From the NCBI GenBank assembly GCA_963667175.2, contig CAXXXF010000012.1:32001-96000 (forward strand): a stretch of 64,000 nucleotides of DNA, read 5' to 3'. The translations under genes were made by a program, and so were the position numbers. A model generated the notes under the pieces. It saw only the letters and a list, made by a program, of their open reading frames with translations, was not told where the DNA came from and did no database searches. Below, piece by piece: positions 27,560 through 36,855 of this stretch (position 1 is the stretch's first letter; every line of letters begins with the position of its first letter). This DNA is from Candidatus Latescibacterota bacterium (GTDB lineage: Bacteria; Latescibacterota; UBA2968; GCA-2709665).

Positions 27560-28774
27560 TCACGCCCTCGCGTGCTGAGACTCCGCCGACGCCTGGTAGG
27601 CTACGTCAACGTCCGGTGTCTCCAGGCGCTTCCCGCCCAGCAGTCCGGACGTGAGGCAGGCCTCGAGAATTCCGCAGACGATAAGCGTCCGTTCGGGCGG
27701 ATAAGGCGCGCTTCCGTTTTCGATCATCTCCACGATCTTGTGGACCAGGCTCGCCGAGTAGGTGACGTTGGGCGTGGGCGACAGGAGAAACTGCGTGGAT
27801 GCCGGCGCGTCGAGTCCGTCCACCCGCGCGGCAAAGCAATAGTCGCGCACGGCCCCGTTCAGCATGAGAAGCGTCGCCCTCAAGCCGTCCCGGTACTCGA
27901 TAAAGTAGGCCGCGGGATTCTTCGCGAGACCCGGCAACTCCCCGGCCCCCAGGAGGTCCCGGGTGCGGCCGTCTTCTTCGGGCAGGCCGCATGGCGTATC
28001 GCTTCGCGAAAGCGCCGCTTCCAGCAGGTCCCGGGACCATCGGCCCTCCTCGCCGGCCCGCCAGACGGCGTCGCCTTCGATCATCTGTACAGCCCTGACG
28101 CCGGTTTCCCCGCCCTGCCTGCGTTCGACCATGCATTGCATGGCCTCCAGCGCGTGGTAGTCCATGGCGTCCGAGCCGCCCACCCCCACCATCAGGGCCT
28201 CCTGAACGCCGCAGTCCAGCGGCAACTCCAGGTCCGGCAGCCGATAGCTTACGGGCAGCGACGACCCCGCCAGAAGCGGAAACCCGAGGCGTCGGGAGTC
28301 AGCCACCATCTCGCGGGCTTTCCCAAAGCTGTAGGAAAGGTGTTTGTCGTTAAACACGGGCACGGCAACGCCGTCCTGCTCAAAGACTCTGACGCACTCC
28401 TTGAAGAACTCATACCGCGGATAGAGTTTCTGCCCCTTGTCGTTATTCGGGTACTCGCCGTGCTCCCCGATGATCAACACCGCATCCACGGCCAGCCGGT
28501 CGGCGCCGCAGCGCAGCGCCCCGGCGATGGAGTCGTAGACGTCAAACCCGAATTCCCATGCGCGGTCCCGGCTCTGGTCACCCTCCGGCCTCTGGTCCAC
28601 GTAGAGCGAAACGATGCGCGTATTCGGCCGCCGCCACCGCCCTTCATACGGGTACCCGACCTCGAACCGATCCGCGATATGCTGCGCGTGGGAGAGGTAG
28701 CGATAGATGGTGGCGATCACGGCGAGACGCCGTGGCGCGACAGCCGGCGTGCCCTTTTCTCCGCGGCAATCCAT
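27560..28774 (-). CDS. Conserved hypothetical protein, paralog of 28775..30010
   Basis: SHAQHI, IGEHGEYP, FNDKHLS, AGSSLPV, YHALE. Confidence 0.85.
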   Translation of the reverse strand: MDCRGEKGTPAVAPRRLAVIATIYRYLSHAQHIADRFEVGYPYEGRWRRPNTRIVSLYVDQRPEGDQSRDRAWEFGFDVYDSIAGALRCGADRLAVDAVLIIGEHGEYPNNDKGQKLYPRYEFFKECVRVFEQDGVAVPVFNDKHLSYSFGKAREMVADSRRLGFPLLAGSSLPVSYRLPDLELPLDCGVQEALMVGVGGSDAMDYHALEAMQCMVERRQGGETGVRAVQMIEGDAVWRAGEEGRWSRDLLEAALSRSDTPCGLPEEDGRTRDLLGAGELPGLAKNPAAYFIEYRDGLRATLLMLNGAVRDYCFAARVDGLDAPASTQFLLSPTPNVTYSASLVHKIVEMIENGSAPYPPERTLIVCGILEACLTSGLLGGKRLETPDVDVAYQASAESQHARA

Positions 28775-30010
28775 TCACGTTCTCCAGAAGGTCGATTCGG
28801 GATTGGGCAGGTAGCGCACGTTCAGATGCGGCGTCTGAACCCGTGCCTGGTCCCGGTTCAGACTCTCCACCCCGGCGGCCACGAGTCCCGTGGTGAGCAG
28901 GGTCCGCTCAACGGGGTACGTGGCTTCTCCGGTGAGGAACATCTGCTCCACGTTGTTGACCTGAGGCGAAAAGAAATTCGCCAGGGTCGTGTGCGCGGGC
29001 GGCATGGGCAGGTACATCTGGGTGGACAGAGGATGGCGCCGACCCGCGAGGAGCGCCGCGAAATTGAAATCCCGCACCACGCCGTTGAGCAGAATCATGG
29101 TGGATTTCAGGCCGTCGTTGTGTTCGTACTGGTAGGCAATGGGGTCGTCCTCGAGCGACTTCATCTCGTCCAGTGTGGGAAGCACGTGGCTGAAACCCGC
29201 GCGAGGTTGCGCCAGCGTGTGGCTGCGCGCCAGGCAGGACTCGAAGAGTTCCCGCGACCAGACACTGTCATGGTGGGCTGCCCAGAAGCGTTCGCCCCGG
29301 TACGTGTCGAGCCACCGGACGCCCGTCTCGCCTCCCCGGCGCCGCTCCACCATGCACTGCAGCGTCTCGAGAGCGTGAAAATCATAGCTGTCCACCCCAC
29401 CGTAACCGACGCACATGGCTTCGGTCACGCGGGCGTCAAGCGGCATGTCGATGGAGGGCGTCCGCCACGTCACCGGGAGCGACGAGCCCGCCATGAAGGC
29501 GAACCCCATCTCCCGTGAAACATCGTACATCTCTTTCGCCCATTCCCAGCGCCACGACAGATGCTTGTCGTTGAAGACCGGCGCGCTCCTGCCGGACGTG
29601 CGGTACACAGCCGCGACCTGCTTGAACAACTCGTACCGCGGATAGAGGTGCTGACCCTTGTCGTTCGTGCCGTACTGTCCGTGTTCGCCCACGAGAAGGA
29701 CGCCATCCACGGCCAGGTCCCGCCCGCCGCGGGTCAGGGCATCGCCCACGGTGGGATGGATGGCCATGCCGGGAAAACGGGCGGCCCGCTCGCTGCTCAG
29801 GTCGCCCTCCGGGCGCTGATCCACGTAGAGCGAGACCAGGTCCATGGGCGGATGGTGATGCCTGCCGTTCCAGCCGTAACCTTCGAGGAAGCGGTCGCAG
29901 ATGTGCTGGGCGTGCGAGTACTTGCGGTACTCGGTAACGACGGCGGCGATCTTCGGTCGGTCGGCCACGGTGTCGATGTGTCCTTGTGTGTGGCTTATGG
30001 AGGAGGTCAA
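28775..30010 (-). CDS. Conserved hypothetical protein, paralog of 27560..28774 (start uncertain)
   Basis: Same motif set: SHAQHI, VGEHG, FNDKHLS, AGSSLPV, FHALE. Confidence 0.85.
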   Translation of the reverse strand: MTSSISHTQGHIDTVADRPKIAAVVTEYRKYSHAQHICDRFLEGYGWNGRHHHPPMDLVSLYVDQRPEGDLSSERAARFPGMAIHPTVGDALTRGGRDLAVDGVLLVGEHGQYGTNDKGQHLYPRYELFKQVAAVYRTSGRSAPVFNDKHLSWRWEWAKEMYDVSREMGFAFMAGSSLPVTWRTPSIDMPLDARVTEAMCVGYGGVDSYDFHALETLQCMVERRRGGETGVRWLDTYRGERFWAAHHDSVWSRELFESCLARSHTLAQPRAGFSHVLPTLDEMKSLEDDPIAYQYEHNDGLKSTMILLNGVVRDFNFAALLAGRRHPLSTQMYLPMPPAHTTLANFFSPQVNNVEQMFLTGEATYPVERTLLTTGLVAAGVESLNRDQARVQTPHLNVRYLPNPESTFWRT

Positions 30011-31038
30011 TCCGCGGGCTTTGGCTCGAAATCGTCCGCTCGCGCGGGCAGTTCAGCCACAAACTGATATCCGGCGTCTGCTTTCTGCCTTTTGAGAATG
30101 CCGACGATCTCCTTCCAGCAGGAGACGAGGCCGACGGGACACCGGGGCATGTCCGCCTTGATCAACGTGTGCAGTTTTCCCAGACGATAGCAGGGTACCG
30201 CGGCGTACATGTGATGTTCGACGTGGTAATTCATATGCCAGTAGAGAAATCGGAACAGCGGATTCAGAATCACGGTCCGGCTGTTCAGCCTGAAATCGGG
30301 CACGTTGTCCTGAAGGCCCACGTGCTGCGTGTTGTTGCAGAGGAAGAGCAGCCACCCGCCGTAGAATGGCGCCAGCGTGACCAGCACCGGAAGCATCCAC
30401 AGACCGAGATAGATCGACACGCCGACAAGCAGCCCGTGCCCCGCAAGCAGGATTCGGGCCCAGTTGAACAGGCGCCGTCGCAGCGCGGGTTCCGACTCCG
30501 GGAACAGGACATGTTCCCATGGCCCCTCCAACTTCCCGAAACACAGGCGAACGACCCCTTTCAATCGGTTGTACAGACCCCAGGGATTGACGACCGCGGC
30601 CTTGAGAAAGCTTCGGAGCGTTATTTCCACCGGCAGTACAACCTCCATATCGTCGGGAGGATGGAGAGTGTACTGGTGGTGCTTGGAGTGGCTGGTCCAG
30701 AAGAACACGGGATTGTACCAGCCCAGGAAACTGAAGACCTTGAGGAACACCACGTTCAGCCACTTCGATCTGAACACCGTGCCGTGGCAGAACTCGTGAA
30801 ATCCGTTCAGGAGGAACGCGTATCCAGTCCCGTGCAGGAACAGGGCCAGGATCAGAAAGGGAAATGCGAGACGTTCGGATGCATAGCAGGCAAACGCGCC
30901 CGTGAGGGCGAGCACGCCAAGATGGCCCAGGGTCTGCATGAACCCCAGGACGTCGCTGCGCCGATTCAACGCGTTCAGCGCATCCCTGTCCAAGGGACAC
31001 CGGTACCAGTTGATCTTGCGTTTATCCTTCGCGTCCAT
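30007..31038 (-). CDS. Fatty acid desaturase-family membrane di-iron enzyme
   Basis: His boxes HEFCH, HSKHH, YHVEHH. Confidence 0.9.
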   Translation of the reverse strand: MDAKDKRKINWYRCPLDRDALNALNRRSDVLGFMQTLGHLGVLALTGAFACYASERLAFPFLILALFLHGTGYAFLLNGFHEFCHGTVFRSKWLNVVFLKVFSFLGWYNPVFFWTSHSKHHQYTLHPPDDMEVVLPVEITLRSFLKAAVVNPWGLYNRLKGVVRLCFGKLEGPWEHVLFPESEPALRRRLFNWARILLAGHGLLVGVSIYLGLWMLPVLVTLAPFYGGWLLFLCNNTQHVGLQDNVPDFRLNSRTVILNPLFRFLYWHMNYHVEHHMYAAVPCYRLGKLHTLIKADMPRCPVGLVSCWKEIVGILKRQKADAGYQFVAELPARADDFEPKPAD

Positions 31039-31125
31039 TCCACCATCCCTCGATCGCCAGAACGCACGGGCGCCTGGTCGACGGCGACCTTCTTGAGCAC
31101 TGGGAAATTCCGACACGCGGCGAAG

Positions 31126-32094
31126 TCAACGCTTGCTTGCCGCCACGCCGTTCCGCAACACGCCTATTCCGGAGATTTCGATTTCCACGCGATCGCCCGG
31201 CTTCATGAACGTGCCCGTGGTCGCGCCCACCCCGGAAATGGTGCCGGTGCTGATCAGGTCGCCCGGCTCGAGGGTGATGATCGCCGAGATATACTCGATG
31301 ATCATATCGACAGGGTATAACATCTGTCCCGTGTTGTTGTTCTGTTTTCTCTCGCCGTTCACGTACGTGCTGATCTCCAGCGACTGGGGGTCCTCGATCT
31401 CGTCCGACGTCACGATCCACGGTCCCTGGGGCCCGAACGTATCCAGCCACTTTCCGTTCAACCAGTCGAACCACTTGTCGCGTTCGCGGCTGTCCGTGCG
31501 CTCCTTGATCACCAGGTCCCGTTCGGACACGTCGTTCATGATCGTATAGCCGGCCACGTATTTCAGCGCGTCTTCCGCCTTGACCGCTTTGGCCTTTCTG
31601 CCCATCACCACGGCCAACTCCCCTTCCCAGTCGATCGACCGGGCGACGGGCGGAATCAGAATGCGCTCTCCGGGACCGATCACGGTCGTGGACGGCGGCT
31701 TCATGAACACCCGCGGCGTTTCCCTGTCCTGGACGGCCATCTTGCCGCCGCCTTCTTCAATATGGTCCTGATAGTTTCCCGCCAGGCAGAATACTTTTCG
31801 GGGATTCGGCACAGGCGCCTTGAGCCGTACCTTGCCGATCGGATGGCCGAGCCGGCCGTCCGCTTTCCCTCCAAGCCGGTCCTCGGCGAATCGCGCGACC
31901 TGTTTCGCCGCTCGCAGCCCCGCCCCGCCCGCGTCGAGCAGGCTGAGCATGTCGCCAAACGTACCACGCGCCTCCCGGCCCGCGCTGTTGGCCATTTCCT
32001 CTTCCGAGGCCGCCAGGTCCACGACGATCCCGCCATCGGCGGCAACGGCCCCGACGTACCGGTCTCTACCAATCCCATAGGTTACGAGTTTCAT
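31126..32094 (-). CDS. Fumarylacetoacetate hydrolase family protein
   Basis: NYQDH, DWEGEL, NDVSER, GPW, TGT. Confidence 0.92.
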   Translation of the reverse strand: MKLVTYGIGRDRYVGAVAADGGIVVDLAASEEEMANSAGREARGTFGDMLSLLDAGGAGLRAAKQVARFAEDRLGGKADGRLGHPIGKVRLKAPVPNPRKVFCLAGNYQDHIEEGGGKMAVQDRETPRVFMKPPSTTVIGPGERILIPPVARSIDWEGELAVVMGRKAKAVKAEDALKYVAGYTIMNDVSERDLVIKERTDSRERDKWFDWLNGKWLDTFGPQGPWIVTSDEIEDPQSLEISTYVNGERKQNNNTGQMLYPVDMIIEYISAIITLEPGDLISTGTISGVGATTGTFMKPGDRVEIEISGIGVLRNGVAASKR

Positions 32095-32192
32095 GCTGCA
32101 CCCCCTTTTTTTCCCTGTTTCAGAAACAGAAATCCGCCTGAATGGCCAGGAAGTATCCGCAGAACCCGGAAGCATGCTTCCGATCCGTCAAT

Positions 32193-33056
32193 TCAGTCCG
32201 TGGGAAACGACAGCGGAAACGTGGGCGCATCTTTCTGGCGCCGCGTGCGCCCGGCAATCTCCATCGCGTGGTATTCCTCGATGAACTCCGCCAGATTCCC
32301 GCTGGCTTCCTCGAAGACGATCCTGCCCTTCTCCGCGGTCGCCTTTTCGGCCTCGCCCATCACACCGCTGTCCGTATACTGGCTGGTCCACTCGATCAGC
32401 CCCATGGCGCCCTTGGCGAACAGGTCCGTCCAGACGAACTTCGATCCCAGCTCGTTCGTCTTCGCGATTTCGCTCCTGATCCTGTCCTTTCGCACGCTTT
32501 CGGGCGCGAGGTACAACATCATCGAGGTTTCCAGTTCACCCGCGTGGGCGCAACCTCCCGGGAAAACGCTCTCGCGCCATTCCTTATCGAAGTCCGGATT
32601 CACCTTCAACAACTGCCACCAGGAACAGAACACGCAGCTTGCGTCCGTTTCCACGATCGTGCGCCTGGCCGCCATGTCCACGAGATTGTGGTTGGATCCG
32701 TGGCCGTTCACCAGAATCATCTTCTTGAATCCATGATAGGCCAGACTCTTGCAGATATCCAGAACGTACTGGATGAAATGCTCGTAATGGATGTTCAACG
32801 ACCCCGGAAAGTCCATCACGTGGTGGACGTAGCCGTAACTGACCGGGGGCAATACCAGACTCAGTTCCGGCTTCCGCTTCGCGGCCTCAGTCGCCACGGC
32901 ATTGGCACAGAGGTGATCCACCTTCAGCGGCAGATGGTGACCGTGCTGTTCGACCGAGCCCGTGGGAATGATTGGGATCTTGCCCATCGCCACCGCTTCG
33001 TTTACCTCCGGCCACGTCAACTCGTCAAACCGGTAAATCTCTGTTACGGATGCCAT
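32193..33056 (-). CDS. Creatininase/amidohydrolase family protein
   Basis: EQHGHHLP..D, NGHGSN, HAGELETS. Confidence 0.92.
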   Translation of the reverse strand: MASVTEIYRFDELTWPEVNEAVAMGKIPIIPTGSVEQHGHHLPLKVDHLCANAVATEAAKRKPELSLVLPPVSYGYVHHVMDFPGSLNIHYEHFIQYVLDICKSLAYHGFKKMILVNGHGSNHNLVDMAARRTIVETDASCVFCSWWQLLKVNPDFDKEWRESVFPGGCAHAGELETSMMLYLAPESVRKDRIRSEIAKTNELGSKFVWTDLFAKGAMGLIEWTSQYTDSGVMGEAEKATAEKGRIVFEEASGNLAEFIEEYHAMEIAGRTRRQKDAPTFPLSFPTD

Positions 33057-33072
33057 ACGAAGTCTCCGCCGT

Positions 33073-33840
33073 TCATCTGCCGATGATATACCCGTAGGGA
33101 TCCACCTCTTCTCTGAGGATGCGAAGTTCGTCCTCGTCCGGCGGCGCCGTTTCACGCACGTGAGGCGCCTGCAGCAACTCGAATCCGGTGTTTTCCTGAA
33201 CCCTTTCGAAGGTGACCCCGGGATGCAGACTCTCCACGCGCATTCGGCAGGTCTCGGGATCATACCCCATCACCGCCAGATCCGTGATCACCTTATGGGG
33301 TCCGCCGCCGCCCGGCAACCCTGCCACCTCCCGGGCGCCCGGGCCCGTAAGGAAACCGGGTGTGGTCAGAAAATCCAGCCGTTCCACGAACCGCCTCCGA
33401 TCGTGCTCCGTCATGACCATTGTGCGCCAGCACAGACTCGCGAAGTCGTTTCCGCCGCCGCTGCCCGGAAACCGCACGTTGGGACGCTCGTGATCCCCGA
33501 TCACCGTTGAGTTCAGATTGCCGAACGGATCGATCTGAGCCCCTCCCAGGAACGCATAGTCCATCATCCCGCGCTGGCACGCCTCCATGACGTCGCCCAT
33601 ACTGGTCGCCATCTGCGCCCGATAGAACGTCCTGGAATCCCCCACCGAAATCGGCATGGACGGCAACAGCGGCGCGAGGCCGCCTGCTTCGAACGCGACC
33701 AGCAGACGCGGGGCATGCCGTTTTTGCGCGAGCATCGCCGTGGCGCACGGAGCTCCGGTCCCCACGCCCACCGTCGCGCCGTCCTCCAGCATTCTGGATG
33801 CCGCGCAAATCGACAGTTCTGTGGCGCTGTAATCGGGCAT
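33073..33840 (-). CDS. CoA-transferase beta subunit (GctB-like)
   Basis: FEAG, LGGAQIDPFGNLN, GSGGG. Confidence 0.9.
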   Translation of the reverse strand: MPDYSATELSICAASRMLEDGATVGVGTGAPCATAMLAQKRHAPRLLVAFEAGGLAPLLPSMPISVGDSRTFYRAQMATSMGDVMEACQRGMMDYAFLGGAQIDPFGNLNSTVIGDHERPNVRFPGSGGGNDFASLCWRTMVMTEHDRRRFVERLDFLTTPGFLTGPGAREVAGLPGGGGPHKVITDLAVMGYDPETCRMRVESLHPGVTFERVQENTGFELLQAPHVRETAPPDEDELRILREEVDPYGYIIGR

Positions 33841-33896
33841 GCCCATCTCCATACGACCGCATCGTCCGGATACGCTGTGAAATACAAGCTGACCGG

Positions 33897-34895
33897 TTAC
33901 AACCCCGGATGCAGCTCCATTTCCCGAAGTTCCTTCAGGCGTTCGGCCCCGCCACACAGCTCTACGTACTGCTCAAAACGCTCCACCCCGTAAATGTACT
34001 TCTGCAGAAAGGCTTCGAATCTGTCCTCATCCCGTTCGACCTCCAGCCATTCCTTGAGGTGGTCCTCATCCGAGAAATACGCTCCCGCCATGTTTCCCGG
34101 GTAGGAACCGAACGGCGCCTCGCAGACCGCGTCCACGCAGAACGCGGGAATCACCGTGGCCTCCGGAGTTCGTCGAATCTCATCGGTGGTGACGAGTCGC
34201 TCCGTTGTCACGACCAGCCGTTTGGAGGCGCGCGCGAGGTCGAAGTCGGCCACGGCGATCCCGCGAATCCGGCAGTTGCCGCAGGGATCGCTCTCGTGCA
34301 CGTGGATAAACGATACGTCGGGGTACAGCGCGGGCACGGCCAGGAGCCTGCGCCCGGTGAACGGACAGGCGATTTCCTTCGCCGCGCTGCGCTGGAACGT
34401 GTCCGTACCAAGCAGGCTCCGCATGGGCATAAACGGCGCCCCCGCCGCCGCCGCCCGGAAGCGCGCCGCAAGGGCAAAGTTAGACCACTCACACACGGCG
34501 ACCTCGCCGCTTTGCATCACACGCCTTGCCTGCGGCGACAGGCCCCGCGCCTCCAGTCCGACGATATAGGCAGCATCCACCCGGGACAACAGCTTGCGGC
34601 CGCTTCGATTCCCCGCTGCCAGGATTTCGAAATCGTGCGTTGTGGTGTGACCGGCAAAACCCAGATCCTGCTTGCCCTGCCGAAGGATCTCGTGCATGCA
34701 CGCCGTCGAAATCCGGTTGGCGCCGAACCCGCCCGATGCGACATAGTCCCCGTCTTTCACGAATCGCGCAACCGCGTCCCGGACGGACGTCACTTTGTCC
34801 TCGAAGGCCGCGCGTTTCTTCCGGAAGACCCGTCGCGCCGCCTCGGGATCCGGATCCGTAAACATCGGGCCCGAACCGGATGCCAGATCAGCCAT
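33897..34895 (-). CDS. CoA-transferase alpha subunit (GctA-like)
   Basis: VKDGD..ASGGF, RFRAAAAG.PF, IHVHESD..GN. Confidence 0.9.
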   Translation of the reverse strand: MADLASGSGPMFTDPDPEAARRVFRKKRAAFEDKVTSVRDAVARFVKDGDYVASGGFGANRISTACMHEILRQGKQDLGFAGHTTTHDFEILAAGNRSGRKLLSRVDAAYIVGLEARGLSPQARRVMQSGEVAVCEWSNFALAARFRAAAAGAPFMPMRSLLGTDTFQRSAAKEIACPFTGRRLLAVPALYPDVSFIHVHESDPCGNCRIRGIAVADFDLARASKRLVVTTERLVTTDEIRRTPEATVIPAFCVDAVCEAPFGSYPGNMAGAYFSDEDHLKEWLEVERDEDRFEAFLQKYIYGVERFEQYVELCGGAERLKELREMELHPGL

Positions 34896-35853
34896 GTGTC
34901 ACGCCCTCTTCCGCCTCCAGAACCTCCGTCAACTTCAGCAGGGTCCGGTCCCGCCGGCGCATGAACCGCCCCAGGTCGGCGTCGGAATATTCATAGAACC
35001 CGGCGCCGGATTTCGCGCCGAACTTCCCGGCCTCGACGAGCGCGTGCAGCGCCTCGGGCGCCTCCCGGTCCGCGCTCAAACTGGCGAACAGATAGCTGCT
35101 GATGGCTCGAAACACATCGAGTCCGCCCAGATCGGCGGTCCGCAGCGGGCCAAGAAAACTGTAGCGAAGGCCGGGGCCCGCCGTCATCGCCGTATCGATA
35201 TCCTCGGCGGTAGCCACGCCTTCCTGCAGCAGATGCAGCGCCTCCCGGACCACGGCGAACTGCAGGCGGTTCCCCACGAACCCGGGAACGTCCTTTCGCA
35301 CCATGATCGGCTTCTTGTTCAGCCCGATGGCAACCGCCTTCAGGCGTTCGGCTGTTTCTTCGGAGGTCGGGTCGGCGCGGATCACTTCCACCAGGGGAAT
35401 CAGATGCGGTGGGTTCCAGAAGTGCAACCCACCCACGTGGTCCGGACGACCGGTCGCACCCGCAATGGCGGTCACCGACAGGCCCGACGTATTGGTGGCC
35501 AGCACCGTATCCCGCGGACAGAGTCTGTCACACGCCGCAAAGACCTCCTGCTTCAACGCCAGATCTTCGGTCACCGCCTCCAGCAGAAAATCCGACCCGT
35601 CACACGCTTCGGCCAGGTCCGTTGTCGTTGTCACCCGGGCTGCCGACGCATCCGCGTCGCGGGAGCGCAGCAGGCCGGCCTCGACCAGCGCATCCTGACC
35701 CAGCCGCAGGCGCGCCATGGCCCGATCCAGCAGCGCATCGCTCAAGTCGACGAGATGGACGCGACGTCCCGTCCGGGCGAACATGCCGGCGATACCGGCG
35801 CCCATGGTTCCCGCCCCGACTACGGCGACTGCAGAAATGCCAAGCGAATCCAT
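34888..35853 (-). CDS. 3-hydroxyacyl-CoA dehydrogenase
   Basis: GAGTMG, EAVTE, HFWNPP, PGFVGNR. Confidence 0.93.
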   Translation of the reverse strand: MDSLGISAVAVVGAGTMGAGIAGMFARTGRRVHLVDLSDALLDRAMARLRLGQDALVEAGLLRSRDADASAARVTTTTDLAEACDGSDFLLEAVTEDLALKQEVFAACDRLCPRDTVLATNTSGLSVTAIAGATGRPDHVGGLHFWNPPHLIPLVEVIRADPTSEETAERLKAVAIGLNKKPIMVRKDVPGFVGNRLQFAVVREALHLLQEGVATAEDIDTAMTAGPGLRYSFLGPLRTADLGGLDVFRAISSYLFASLSADREAPEALHALVEAGKFGAKSGAGFYEYSDADLGRFMRRRDRTLLKLTEVLEAEEGVTHG

Positions 35854-35924
35854 TTAACCATCCATTTCCAGCCGGGATCGACCGTTTCCTGCAATCGTTG
35901 AATCAGACCATACCCACGTCCTAA

Positions 35925-36084
35925 CAGCCCGTTGAAAAAGTCCATCCGGGTTACGTCCGGCCCTTGTGACCGAACTACGGCGTTGCGCTCCCTCCCCGAA
36001 TCCAAGGATTCGCGTCGGTCGCGCGCCTTGTCTTCGGCCACAATGCCTCGGCCTCGCCTGCGGAGCGACTTTTTCAACGGACTG
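35925..36084. mobile_element. MITE family E (160 bp, CTAA duplication)
   Basis: TIRs CAGCCCGTTGAAAAAGTC / GACTTTTTCAACGGACTG, flanked by CTAA on both sides. Confidence 0.85.
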
Positions 36085-36852
36085 CTAAACCGCCGTCCAG
36101 CCGCCGTCTACCAGCAGCGTATGCCCCGTGATCAGGTCCGCGGCCTCGCTCGCCAGGAAAACCACAGCCCCCACGACGTCTTCGGGCCGCCCAACCCGCC
36201 CGAGCGGGATCCGCTTCAACAGATCCTCCCGGAGCGCAGGATCGTCAAAGGTGGACTGCGTGAGGGGCGTCAGGATAAACGTGGGTCCCACGGCGTTTAC
36301 GTTGATTCCGTAAGGGGCCCACTCGAGCGCCAGCACACGTGTCAGATTCACCACTCCAGCTTTGCTGGAACAATAGGCCGCGCGGCGATAGTAAGCAATC
36401 ACGCCGTTCTGTGAAGCCATATTGACGATCTTTCCGCCTCCGGCGTTCACCATCCGGCGCCCGACGCGCTGAGACATGAAGAACAGGCCCTTCAGATTCA
36501 CGTCCATCACGCCGTCCCAGTCCGCCTCGTCGACGTCCAGCGCGTTTCTGGGAATATTCACGCCGGCATTGTTCACGAGCACGTCGATCCGCCCCATCTC
36601 CTTCACGGCATGCTCAACGGCAAGTTCAATGCTCCCCACGTCCGGCAGCCGGAGGGATACGGGCAACGCCCGCCGTTTCAGACGTTCGATATCGGCGCAG
36701 ACGCTCGCCAGATCATCGGTCTTTTCCGGCAGTTCACACGGCACACAGTGCGCGCCCGCCTCGGCCGCCGCGATGGCCACGGCCCGGCCGATGCCGGAGC
36801 CCGCGCCCGTCACCATCACGATCTTGTCTTCCAGGCGCATGCTGGGCAACAC
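36085..36852 (-). CDS. SDR oxidoreductase
   Basis: TGAGSGIG, NNAG, YCSSK. Confidence 0.93.
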   Translation of the reverse strand: MLPSMRLEDKIVMVTGAGSGIGRAVAIAAAEAGAHCVPCELPEKTDDLASVCADIERLKRRALPVSLRLPDVGSIELAVEHAVKEMGRIDVLVNNAGVNIPRNALDVDEADWDGVMDVNLKGLFFMSQRVGRRMVNAGGGKIVNMASQNGVIAYYRRAAYCSSKAGVVNLTRVLALEWAPYGINVNAVGPTFILTPLTQSTFDDPALREDLLKRIPLGRVGRPEDVVGAVVFLASEAADLITGHTLLVDGGWTAV

Positions 36853-36855
36853 GAT

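Noticed and set aside
27500-29518. 672-aa plus-strand ORF
   Set aside because: Antisense to two well-supported paralogous genes; high-GC shadow ORF
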